Below are positions 1 to 12,686 of a stretch of 64,000 bases of DNA, piece by piece. The stretch is taken from contig BDGG01000004.1 of the NCBI GenBank assembly GCA_001949185.1, forward strand, positions 3,877,777 through 3,941,776. Direction: 5' to 3'. The notes under the pieces were generated by a model that saw only the letters and a list, made by a program, of their open reading frames with translations, searched no databases and was not told the DNA's origin. Each line of letters begins with the position of its first letter. Position 1 is the first letter of the stretch. Position numbers and translations under genes: made by a program. Source of the DNA: Ramazzottius varieornatus (Eukaryota; Animalia; Tardigrada).

Positions 1-62
1 TCGTTGGAAACGTTTCTCGACAGAATGGACAAATTATCACTTGGCAGCTGCCCTGGACGAAA

Positions 63-3000
63 TCATTGGTTCAGTGGCTCGTTAAACGTCCACCCGCTCT
101 CTTCCAAATGGAAAAACTGCAAGAACAACATCGTTTGTACTTTGAGGTCCAGATTCAGCGAAGAACAAAATATTCAACAACACCGTCCGAAGTGACGTCA
201 CTGCGGACGAGGATTCATCAATCGCGGGAAAAATGGCAGGGCGGTTACGGCAATACGATCCAGCACAGTCACTAGACGGTACCTTACCGCACTTTCGTAC
301 TTCGTGGGGATTTGAAGTTTGATACCTTACCTTGGTGGGGTAACCAGTAGCGTTAGCTTTCCGTTCTTTCTCGCCTTTCCTCTGCGCATCCTCCAAGGCA
401 TTCTTCTCGGCAGTGGCTTTAGTTATGTCCTGAACTTTCAAAGCAGCAGTGACATTCTTCCATAACCGCCGAGACTCGAATGGATCCTGCTTGTCGATCG
501 GACGAACACGTTTCTTTATCACTTGCAGAGTATTCACATCGATATGCTTCAATGTTCCATCCTGCAACAGCGCCCCCAAAGGATTATAGATTGTCAAGAA
601 GCCCGAAAAACTCCATCACGAAGATCCAACTTCAGTCCTTACCTGTGTCATGGTGAAGTCGTAATTGGAGTTCCATTCGCCATTGACTTTACAAACGGGG
701 TTCTTCGACTTTTCCGAGAAGACCTCAGCCGTAACACGATGGAGTTTCCCGCCATAGAAAGGCTAAAAGAAGACAGAAAAGAACCGTGATGATTAATGGT
801 CTGTCACCATTATAATGACAGGAAGCCAGTGATACGGAAACAAAGAGCCATCTTATCGATCTCTAACTCACTTTCGTATGAAAGATAATCTCGGCACTGT
901 AGCCCGTCTTCTTACATTGTAGAGCCACTTTACCACCCAGTTCGCACCAGGGTACTGTCAGGATGGATCGTGCGTAGGCCGAGGGCAATGTAAACGTGTA
1001 TTCTTCGCCGAATTCCACGAGGAAGAGACTGGCGGTTCCCACTAGATTCACACCGATAGAGAGGCCGTAAAACTTGGACTGGGTGTATATCGAGGCACTC
1101 ATGCAAATCTTCTTTTCCGGACATTCAGCGTAGAAAGCCGTCACTACAAAACAGTACTATAAAGACTCTAAGACACTACTATCGAAAGTCTGCAGTCATT
1201 GCCAACCACGCATCCACCCTTCATACACCTGCATACACTTGGCCATGCAATTTCTGTGACGAAAAAGTATTCAGGTGCGTGAAAGACCGGCCCAGTTGTT
1301 CGAGTTTAAGAGAAAATATGAAAGGAAAGACAGAGGATGGATTAGCACCGGATAACCCAAGTCTTAGTGTATCAAGCTGACTTATCCTGCAGCGGATTAC
1401 GACGGACAGAGTACCGCAACTCTCATTCAGTGTGAAAAGAGGATTACCAGGTGGGTGATGGGACACTTGTTCGCCGACAAATTTGACCCTGAGCTGCTCG
1501 CCGTTCTTCTCTCCTTCGTTGGGAACTTTATACGAGCAATGGAAGGTTTCCCCAATGATGGGATTGTAAGGCTTTTTGGCTTGAGTTCCCTGCGAGACGG
1601 TAAACAGTCAGCATTACCTCGCATTCCATTTTCTCGGGGGAGTAGTAATTATCTCGCACCTACCTTGCGGACGATATGCAGCGAGGTGAGGTACCATTCC
1701 AGGACGCCCAATATTCGTTGTTCCGGCGTTTCCATATCAGCTATCCTCAAGAGGATGTAGGCATGCCCCAAGTAATCGGCAAACATTTCCAGTAACGATC
1801 GACGCTCCAAGATGAATGTCGGCAGCGTGACCTACAGACGAGGAAAACATGAACGCAACCATTACAACATTATTTTTAGTCCCAAGGGGGCAATGCACTA
1901 TCATGGCTCATTGCACTGAAAATTGGAATCTGTTCGGCGAACCCGTTTTATTCACTTCCTTCCTAGGAATGTTCCAAGGAAGACCGTTACGAGGACACAT
2001 GCTCCTCCTTATCGGAATCTAATTGTCTTGCGACCGTACCGATCGGTTCTTATTACCTCAAATTACTAGACGAACTCTGACATTTTACCCACAGCAGTTT
2101 CACAAACTCTAATAATCCCATCGAAATCTTTTTGTCTTTACTCAATGCTAGTGGGAAGAATCGCAGCACTTTGAAAAACCCACCTTGGTCAGATCCATGC
2201 CGATTTTCAGTTGTCCAATGAGATGAAGAATGACGCTCTTCTCCGATTCGATAGAGCCCAGCTCTTCCGCGTCGTCTTCATCCACATCGGTCATCTCTTC
2301 CTCATCCTGGAAGTAGTAAGGAAACCTGGACGGCGATCTGGACTTTTCTGGTGAAGCCGGCGCGGGCGAACCTCTCGTTGATCCAGCTGCAATGACACAA
2401 AATATTTCAGAAGAGAACATAAATTCAAATCTTGGTAATGATTCTCATGAACAGAAAACTTACCAGGAACACTCGTCACCATCGCGGCACCGGTATTCCT
2501 ATCCCCGTCTCTCGGCAAGCTTCCCAGTGAGCCACCTCCACCACCACCTGCTGCAGCGCCATTATTCTGAAGTTGAGCACTATTCACCGGTATTGTCGCT
2601 CGGTTGGGCGACGCTATCATACCCACATCAGGCCCAACTCGCGGTGCTGGCGTCTGACCAGGAGCAGCCGGGGTTTTCCCTAGCACACTGACTAGCGGTG
2701 GTTGAAATTGCGTTAGACTATTCGCTTCGGGTTGAAAGTGCGTCAAGCTGCTGGCTGCGGGTGAAGGACTGCGTTCTCTACGTGGTCTCTCGTGTCTGTC
2801 AAGTGTTTGTTCATTTACTTGGGTGAATGTATTTTGTATCGAGTTATATGGTTCGACGGGAGCCTGCGTGGGATAGGCTGACGACGGAGGATCGAAAGCG
2901 CCCACAGCTGCCAAGGCGGCTACAGCTGGTACCACATCGCCCGTCTCCGAGCCGGTCTCCGTATTCATCAGCGCGAATACGCACTGGTGCAAGCAGTCCC

Positions 3001-5613
3001 AGGCTGCTAACGAGTTGCTTTTGAGCATCAGAAGGTCGGGATGGAGAGCCTGAGTGGCAACAACCGCGTCAGAATCACCACCAACCTGCAAAACAAGACT
3101 CATAATGTTTGCATGAACCCACATACCCGCGCACCATACGAAAATGCGGAAGTTAGGCATGTAGGAGCATGAACCACTATCAAAATTCGTTTACAGATTT
3201 TCCAACTAAATATTCGTGGTTCAATATGAAAGACCCCTGTTGGCCCACAAGTAAACACAGGCACGTGAGGGGAATATTGTCAATCGTGACAGCTGGTCAG
3301 ACCAAAGCACCCCATGGGTATGCTTACAGTGGGAAGGTCGGTCAATTACGACAGTGTTCCCCGATCGACAGATACGAAAGCTACGTATGTTTCCTCCTTC
3401 CAAGTCTTCCGCACTGCGAGCAAACACAGCAAACAACTGGGAATATCCTGCCTCTTCCAAGCCCAATGAATTCAAATCTGACGCCATAGCAGGCTCTGTT
3501 AAAGCGAGCTGTTTTCAGCAATCTCAAAGGTTGACTTCCGTCAGCTGCGCCGACTCCCCTGTCCTCTACCTTTTTGTGCACAGACAGCAATCCATTTTTC
3601 GCGCTTTAAATACCCTTTGCAACAGATTCGGCATATGGATCGAAGGGTATTTCGATCAAATGCACACAAAACCGCTAATTCCTAACTCGTTGTTCAAATA
3701 AAAAGACTATTTCGACGCTGGCGCAAAAATCGATCGTTTCATGCATACCTCAATTAGTCTGCACATCTCGTTCCTCTTCTCTCGCACTTTGGAGATGACT
3801 TGCCTCGCGGGACCAAACGGTTCATCGTAGCGCATAGTGGCCGGTTCGTTAGAGAAATGGGAAGCACCGCGCGAAGACCCACCGACCGACGACATCCTCG
3901 TCAAGCTGTCTCTCCGGCTTTCCGTGTTCAGCGGGTAACATGCCGCATTCGAGGCTCCCTTGGTCGTTTGGGCAGTGGCGGTCTGCTCTCGTTGCTGGTT
4001 GGATGTGTTGGAAATCACACAACGAAGAAGGTTCACCCATTTCTGCCGGTCTTTCGTGTCATGCGCTGAAGAAGAAGCTACTCTGACACACGAAACGCCG
4101 AAACAAATTGCGGAGAATTTACCTTTAAGCTTGTAACCTTCCCCGTGGGACGTGTTAAGAACAAACGTCAGGGTATCTTCATGGTTTGGAGCCACAGAAG
4201 CCCCGTGAAGCTTAATCGAAGCACGCGGGCTCCCACTTACACGGTCGTCCTCTGTCTACGAAGAAAAACAGGGCTATAATTACATTGTGTGAATAATACA
4301 TGAAAATGCCCCAGCAGCGAGGTAGTACTGGCCTTTTCTGCTCAAAATTAGCCGTTGTCACGATTACAAAATCTCGTGAGATTAAAAGAAATGTCCACAA
4401 GGAATATCAATGCTCAACCTCAGACGTCAGCAAGATAGCCGGCGCAGCCTGGGAAAACAACGCAAAAGCATCCCCTAGGGCCCAACGTCACCGTATGTCA
4501 CCTGCACGTAGAGTAGGGAATTGGATCGCGCGGCGGGTCTATGCGGAAGCCGACGGTGGTTACCGCCCACCTCCGCCCTGGAATCTGCTGAAATTGTTAC
4601 CGCTTGGACTCGCTTAGTATTTGATGTGACTGTTTTCCGCCCGCCCCGCGTCGATGATAATTACGATAAATGTTTAAAAGTAAACCTTGTTGCGTCACAT
4701 TGCGAACAATCTATATGATAGGCAACCACAGGAAACTGTTGTCGTATGTACAGTTGGGTTTGTTTGTAAGACTTGATAACTATGTTTCTTCCACAGTAGT
4801 TGCTTCTGAATTCAGACTCGTTTACCTTGCCTGAAGTACCGCTCACTTCCGCTTTCGCGTCGGCATTAAAGGTTTACCGCTCGCTCTTGCCTTGAGATCA
4901 CCAAAAATTATTCCGCACAGTCTAGCGTGGACAAGAAAACTTTGTGAAATTCTGGTTTCCGCCAAGGAAAAGTTTAGCGGTTCACTACTCTACCTGCACG
5001 GTTATAAATAACGGCCCTGAATTCTCAAGATGACATTTTCAAGCTCATGGTACACCCTGTGGCCTGCCATCGCGAACGATTGCTGGACCTTACCGGCCAT
5101 ATGGCTCAACGAGCAAACTGGGAATTTCCCCGCGAGAGTTTACCTGACGGCTAGCCACCGAAATGCAAACACGGTGCGCTGCGGAGCAACGCGGATCGGA
5201 ATGGTAATTTCACATTCAAACTTGTTAATGAAGTCATCGCAGAAGGAGCAGCTCCGATTCCCTTACCAGATAATATTCCAAAGTGCAATGTACAGGATCC
5301 AAAACAAACCAACGATACTAGGAAACAAAAGACGGTCGTAAGGAGGGAATGGAATTTAAACCAGACGAATGACAATCAACTTCCAACCTGCCAACCACGC
5401 ATCACATTCGTCCATTTGGAGAGTGGCCCTTCGTGTTTCCTGCAGAGGAGATAACTACAGGTGATTCTAGGGTACGTGTAGCATCAATCAGAGCTATAAA
5501 ATGAAAAAAGTGTCATACGTGGAATTAGTAGTAGAGGTAAAAGAGCTGCCGGAAGTGGAGCTGTTGGACGACGCCGAGCCACGTTCCTTTTCTTCCCGCT
5601 GCCTTCCTGACAT
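63..5613 (-). CDS. OSBPL11: Oxysterol-binding protein-related protein, ORP9/10/11 subfamily (PH + ORD domains), multi-exon
   Basis: Spliced PH start [17 protein letters not shown]|YRWFVLDP (5265-5440); DLLMLKSNS helix like ORP10/11; ORD motifs [39 protein letters not shown]; last exon [17 protein letters not shown] ends at 63. The ATG at 5613 has an in-frame upstream stop. Paralog assignment is tentative. Confidence 0.9.
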
Positions 5614-6496
5614 GACGACCAACTAGCTAGTCGATATGGAGCAAAATCACTACAGCCTCGAATTATTCCAAAATACTGCAGCGCAAAAGATATGGTTCCA
5701 TCGCACAAGAGAAGCGAAGAAGGAGGCGAAGGGAGAAGCTGGCGTGATCGATCAGCTGGTCTGTGCTCCACTTGTCCTGTCGTCCTGCCAACAAATCCCG
5801 TCAACAATACTCGCCGAATCCGATCCCATCTTGAATGAGTCCAGCGTGGAAGGTAGGCTACAATCTACAGTTCAATAATGCAAACAGAAGAATGAAGAGG
5901 AAAATGCTGATGTCTGCGGAAATCCCAAATCCTATTCGCTGGCCCCGCACACCCAGGTCATAGTGTTTACTGCATGACACTCACGAAATGTGCCATGTTG
6001 TCTCAGTATGGTCATACTCCAGGCATGGCCTGCCATCGTAGCATTGTGTATGGATTATGGTGAGCAGCCACGTCCCAATATTCTGGACGCGTTGAATGCT
6101 GATTTCCCTGTCGACTGTTGCCATGATTCACCTTCCGGGACTCTTCCGGTTGCCACTTTCAATTCAAATTCGACCATTCCAGATGGCAAATAAAGTGACC
6201 ATGCCTTCAATTGCCTTGATTTCCTCAGCGTCTGTCTGGGAAGTTCGGGGAAGGACGAATTCAGGGAGCTGAACTAAGTCTCCCAGATCCGAGCTTTGCT
6301 TACGCCGAAGGTCCGGCACACCACCGTGGACACAAAGTACTTCTCGAATGGGCATTACCGAAACGGTATATAACTGCATAAAAAACACGAACGCGTGCAT
6401 TATTTTATGCAACACAAAACCATACAGAGACAGCAAAAAGAACATCACAAAATGCCAACGACCTAACCGATTTCCACAGATAACTTTATATCAATA

Positions 6497-9400
6497 TTAG
6501 CACCCAAAGTAAGAAGACTGCATAGAATACAGATTGTCAATTGGATTCGTCAGAGACACCTTCTTCTTTTTCTCTTTGATAGAGGTCCTGCCACCGCTGA
6601 CGGAACGTTTCTTGAACGATCCGTCATGGAACGAGCTAGAGTCAAGGCTCGAATCAACCGTCGGTGATTTCGGCGACAGTGACGTCATGGAACCCAGTGA
6701 ATAAGGGTTTTCGATCAGCGCAGCCGAGTGCGCAAACATTTCCGCAGCGTCCATACCAAAAAAGTCTTCCTGGTCAAGCGATCGTTCACCTAACAATAAG
6801 TCTAGTAGGCTTTTGAAGAAAATATTAACACGGTAGAATAACATACCGTGGTTGCTCTGTGGGTCGATCTCTGCTGTAGCCAGGGTACCTTGCGCCTTCT
6901 GGCTGCCCACTGTATCTTCCTTTCCCGTTGGCTCAGATGTTTTGGTATCGTCATCGGAATCATCCGACGAAGATTCCTCTTCCGCGTCAGTAGCATCTTT
7001 ACTGCCTGTAGATTTTACGGCTTTATCGCCAGTTTGCTGCTGTCGCCGCTGAAGTTTCTTTATTTTAGCTCGCTGGTTTTGAAACCATACCTAAGCACAA
7101 AGCTGCATGGTGTGACGAATTCGCATATCGGAGGTCGCTCCGGCTCAAATTCCAAGCAATTTTCTCACCTGAACAACCCTTACACTGAGCCCCAGGTCTT
7201 TGGCTAGAGACTCCCTGACTTTTCGGCATGGCTTTGGACTAACTTCAAAGGAGGTCTTGAAAGCTCGACGTTGGTGACTCGTCAAGATGGTACGCGGACG
7301 CTTTGGTCCACGTCTAGAAGTGTCAGCGGCAGTCAGAGGTATCAGCAGATTTTCTTCGCCTACGCAAACAAAAACATATGAGAGTAGTGAGACCAAAATG
7401 GGTAAACAGCTTTGGAAATCTCCGGGAAACGGAACTATAGTACGGTGGTGTGGAATACTTTGTAGCTTGTCCATACTCATCAGCGACCCAGACATCCAGT
7501 TTGGAAGTCTCATCAGTTCGTGGTCGAAATCCATCGAGCACAGGAGCTGACCATTACGTATGATGAACTGGTCGCCTTTCTGCAACGGACATCCGCAGAC
7601 CGAGCACAGAAAACAGCGCAAATGGTAGATATTCCCGAGAACCCGCATAACTAGTTCTTGCGAGGGAACGAACTGGTTGCAGACGGAACACTTGATGCCG
7701 AACAGTCTGCAAACCAAAGAATCATCTTTTTGGTACTGTTTTTTTTACTGCGAACGTCCAGGGAGCAAAGTTTTAGTTTTTCCATGGAGGTCTAGTACGA
7801 AACCTCATATATGACGACGTATCGATCCGTGCACAGTTGGACCTGATGGTGCGCAGTTCAATCAAGATCTGCCTCTGTGAATTATCATGGATTATTACGA
7901 AGGAATATTTGTCATCGGATGGACAGCCAGCTGAACAACCGACAGAGCGGCAGTCGTGAAAACCAGCTGTTGGTGACAAACTGTTATTAAACGCCAGTTA
8001 CATTCTTGCTGGCCGGCAAGTAAGGCAACAGTTTTACAATTCAGATTTTTCATTACTAAGCAGGATAGTGTCCAAATCACCCATTCATTAGCACAAACGA
8101 ACTGCAGGTGGTCGTCCATTACTCTCCCGCATACCATAAGCTGAGAAATCGGGCAAGGATCAGAAGAACCCACACGGAGCTTACCCGTTTACCGCACAAC
8201 CACATAACATTATTATCTTAACACTCTGCGTACGACCGTCCTCTTTGTGTATACAATCACTCAGTTTTATTCACCTCCCAGTTTCAGCTTTTGGTCTTCC
8301 GGGTCTAGGTCTTTTTGTTTGCATGTACCTCGGTCTTCTCACCAAAGCAACACTAATGACCAGCGGTCAGCAAAACCTCAGCACGCTGGAAATTTTTTCT
8401 ACGGTTTCGGGTGGTTTTGGTGAAATTTGGTGTTTCGTCTCTTCGCGCGAGACACGTGCACGGTATTCGCTTAGAAAAAACTGGAGCACTGGGGACAGTC
8501 TTATCTATCGAAGCCGAGCCTGGGATAAATTTTGTAGTCATCAGTGCGGTCAGAAGCAAATCAAGACGACCAGTTCTCCCTTTTGAGATTTGGCGTTCAT
8601 GGCCAGCCAATTATCCGAATTTTGAAATTTCGATAATTGCCTATTGGTTGGACCAGCCTCCGCAACACGGTACCAGCCAATAAAATTCCTGTATACACAA
8701 AGAGGACGGTAGTATACTGCATACATGAAAACGATCGTGCTGAAAGTGTTAAACAAACCAGAAAAAGACGAAGTTTGTCGTGGAAGCTTGTCCACCGCCT
8801 TTTTTGTCAGATGCGAACTGAGATGAAACTAGAGGTTTGACAGTCTTGCGGTCTCGTCTTCAAACTTCCAGTTTTATGATTTGAGAGAGCTGTAACTTTT
8901 CAGTATGATCGCTGGTAACATATGGAGCAAATATCAAGATAAGGCTCATTAACGCCACCGAACGGCTCAGCGGGCGAGATATCATTTGCGCTCAGCGTAC
9001 TGTGTGCGGGAATTTACGACCAGGAACGTGCTGTAAATATCCCCGCAAGTCAGACGAATCGCACTACATACCGCATCAGTAAGCCTTTCTCGAACTAGAA
9101 AAAAGCTTTCAGCTTTCAGAAATTGGTTTTACCCCACAAACAAATTTGTTTGGTCCAACCGTGAAAAATCGCTTTCGGGATCCTATACAGTATTTTCTAG
9201 AGGCATTGGAATGGAATTGTTGCGGGAGCGGCAAAGGTCACGAGCTGCGGATCTCTTAGCCACATGTTATCAGTACCCTTTTGATCCCCACTAAAAGATG
9301 TTTTTCAACAGAAATATGTCAAGTTGTGAACTCGCTCTATTGTGAAATACCCAAAAGAACTGGCTGCCACTGGTTATCAAGAGGTTCTGATAGTCAATAT

Positions 9401-10657
9401 TTACCAGCAGGGTTTTGTTCTCTGACTGTAACTGCACCGGAAGCGGGTGGCTGAATGTATCGTCCCGATGACTGGCAGGAAACTTCATGGGTGAAACAAG
9501 TACATCCAATAAAGTATTGATACTTGTCCCTCCATAAAGGCCCTTCTTCCAAGCGCATAATCGTTGCCACTTCCGGTCTGGACCTCGAGGTTCTTTCAGC
9601 CATCTTTAATTAAAATCTTTGTTCCTCACAGTCTAACATGTTCAACACAGACTGTGGTATGGCATGCGACCGAACTCGCCGTGAGACGATTAAGAACGCG
9701 TGTCAGGCAACTTCATTACTTTGGAAAAATCCGGGAAGCGGAAGCGGTTAATCGTTGGAGGGACGTTCTGATTGTTTTTGCAAATGGTTGGTGCGGCGCT
9801 CCGTTCAACCCCTTTTACACGTCCAGTTAAGCCAGAGTGTAAAGGGTTGATCAAGTGAAAAATTGAGCTTTGGTTTCAGGGGCGGACAATATTTTCATAG
9901 CCGATGACCTTGCGCAAGACTTATGCATACACGCTTGAACGCCTTCCAAATGACCATTTCACATTTCCGTTTGCAATTGTCACAGGCTTAATGAGCTTAA
10001 TGAACGACCGCAAACATCGTTAACCTTTATTTACTCTGACCACTCAAAAGCGAAATTTAACGAGCCTCGCCGTATGCATGCCGTTATCATCTAGATATTG
10101 CGTTTCGGATGAGCTCATGATGCAGGACAGCGTAGATTTCAAACCAATGGCTAACTTACTGAAGTTCGTTTTCGTGGTATTTGTCTTTGCACCGGAATTT
10201 CAAAAGCATCTGTTAACGGCCGAATTAAACATGCAAAATCCTGCCGGTCTGTACATCGACCATGTCGAAAAACTTCATCGAAAGTTTGCTTTCGTCACGC
10301 CAAATATCAGTCCGACGAACAAAGGTAGCATAGGTGTCGGTTATACTGAGAGCAGATGGTCCCAGCAGCGGGAGGCCTAGATACTGGTCACTCCATCCAT
10401 TGTCAAGATCTAATGATTTCACTTCTAGAACCTACGGAGTAGTACGCCCAATACTAGCAACGTTGGCACTGTATTTCTTACCGTTGGTAGTCTTCCCTGC
10501 ACATCATCTTTCCGTCTCGTTTGTAGCAGGATTCGCGGAGCTGGGTCCGGCAGATTTGGCACTTGAGGCAAGATTCGTGCCAGCATTCGTTCCCTATCTG
10601 CAAAAGGAAGGGGTCGCAGATTGACTCATGGCATTTGACGCAAACTCGTTCAGGCAT
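6497..10657 (-). CDS. Lmx1: LIM-homeobox transcription factor Lmx1
   Basis: LIM1 CVKC...WHESCLKC (10483-10657), LIM2 CSVC...YHLRCFLC, homeodomain PKRPRTILTSHQRRAFKTSFEVSPKPCRKVRESLAKDLGLSVRVVQ|VWFQNQRAK, Lmx C-terminal motif NPIDNLYSMQSSYF. 5' end uncertain. Confidence 0.93.
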
Positions 10658-12686
10658 ATTGGTAATTCGTGATCGAAAAGTATCTTTGTAAACTAAATGT
10701 TGCACACTCGTGAGGAATTAGTCGACTGGTGAAAGTTTCCGTGCGCCAGACTTGAAAGTTCCTCGAAAATTAGCCAAATCGTCAGCGCCCGACACGGAAG
10801 GTGGAAGACGATCCTCACTCGTGGGTCCTTTTCGGTGATTCGCGGGTTGAAGAAGCTCCACTCTCCCTGTTTCTATTTGCTTCGGAGCGTTAGCCATCCC
10901 ACAAGTATTGATCGCAGTTGACTGTGGCATCCAGATCTTGAACCGGTGCTGGAACGATGAGCATGCTGTTTGTAATGAGATGGCGCTAGGCGAACTGTAC
11001 TTTTGAGTTCTCTTAATAGATCTCGAACCTGGATCGTCAAGTGCGGTTAACATTAGTTTGTTTCCAACGACCAGAAGCCTCTATTCCAACAATCTTGCAG
11101 CCTGCGTCGGGCAAAATTCGACATAATATTATAGAATACTAAATTTGTGAGTGTGTAGTGACTGTTAGAGGTTTAGACAGATTCGAGCTCGCAGAGTGGC
11201 GCCACTGTTGCGCATACTGTACAGTCTATACGACTTTTCGCCAAAACCAGATCTGCTCGAAAGGCATCACTTCATGGTCAGGAAGATCTTCAACACAACC
11301 TTCGAACAGGTGAGACGTGCCTCTGTCCTGCCGTTACTCATGGATCGATGTCACAACAGGCAGAAGCAGCAAGGTGCGTACAAAACGTACAAGACGTAGG
11401 GGTGATCTCCTGAGCAGCCTGCAGCCAGCACCGCACATCACGGTGTAGTACACGTACGTATGGAAAGGATCTAGGAAGCCTCCTCGGGAGTTCAGCTTGC
11501 ACAGAGGATCAAGAAACCATTCAAAATTTAATCCATATTATAGTCTGTCCTTGACGGATCCCGCCCCACTGCCTACACAGACGCTCTTCCATCAAATTCC
11601 ATCTATCACAAAAGCTGTCCTCCATGTGGCGGACAACCCATCATCGCATTCAATCGTCCCACGTTTCCATATTTACGGGATATGGTTTTTTGCGCTTGAT
11701 AGACTCTGGTGAATCACGAAGACAGTCCCACCCGTTCCATTTATCATTCAATTTATTTTGTCAGCTTCGATCTCTTACTCCTAAAAACTGTCGTTTACCG
11801 CACGCTATTTTGGGATTAACGTTTCGTTAGTTAATTCGTCATCGACTCATCGTTCTGTGAAGGACACCATAAGGACCCTGCGAATATTGGTGCAATTCTG
11901 ATTTCTACGTGGACGGCACAAGCAAGGTATCTTGTGTCGATCGTCGTTACACTGATCACCTGCAAAATCGATCGATCCGACCGTAGAGAACCATGCATGC
12001 AGGTAAGACTTTCATCCTGTTGACTCATGATAATCTGATTCAGTTAGACCCTGCGACCTCCTCCCCCTGGTCTGCTGTTCATCGCTGTTAGGGTTGGTAT
12101 TCACCAGCTACACTGTACTGAAGGTAGGTTCCAAGAGTAACAGCGATGGTCTGCGTGGCTCAACGCAGTTTCGCGAGCTGCAGCAGGTGACATTCTATAC
12201 GCAAATGCGGAAGCTATCGATCGGTACTGAAGTAGAAAAAATGCCGTCCGCAGTCCATAACGAGGACCCCATCGGTTGTTCAAGGACCTATTGTTTGTCG
12301 AATTAGATGTAGCCAGTAATCATATTTCGTCTGTCTGGGTTTCCCGCAGTTAAATTCACATCAATCACGTCTTCCTCAAATTGCTGCATTGAAGGCTTGT
12401 TGAAAGCGAGCTCTGCCAACTCGTATTCATCCTTAGCTTGTCTGAGAAACCCAGCCTTCAATGTGTTTTCAATAAGAAAACAGTGCAGACAGGAGGAAAT
12501 CCAATAGTCGCCAATCAGTGGGCCAAGCTCTCGATCTAATGGTCTACGCAGACTTCCTTTATTAGCTTTTCACCGGAAGTGCTGGTTGTTGTAATCTCGC
12601 GAGCTTTCAATCTGTTTGCAGGATAAAGATTTCGACTGGATGGTTTAGAGGGAAGCCTTGAAGTGCTGCAACTGGCTGGAAGCGAA

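Noticed and set aside
5990-6448. Short ORFs between OSBP and Lmx1
   Set aside because: Could not be assembled into a consistent spliced model or recognised; may be UTR.
9805-9850. Small hairpin in the Lmx1 intron
   Set aside because: Only a ~14-bp stem, single copy and too short for a pre-miRNA.
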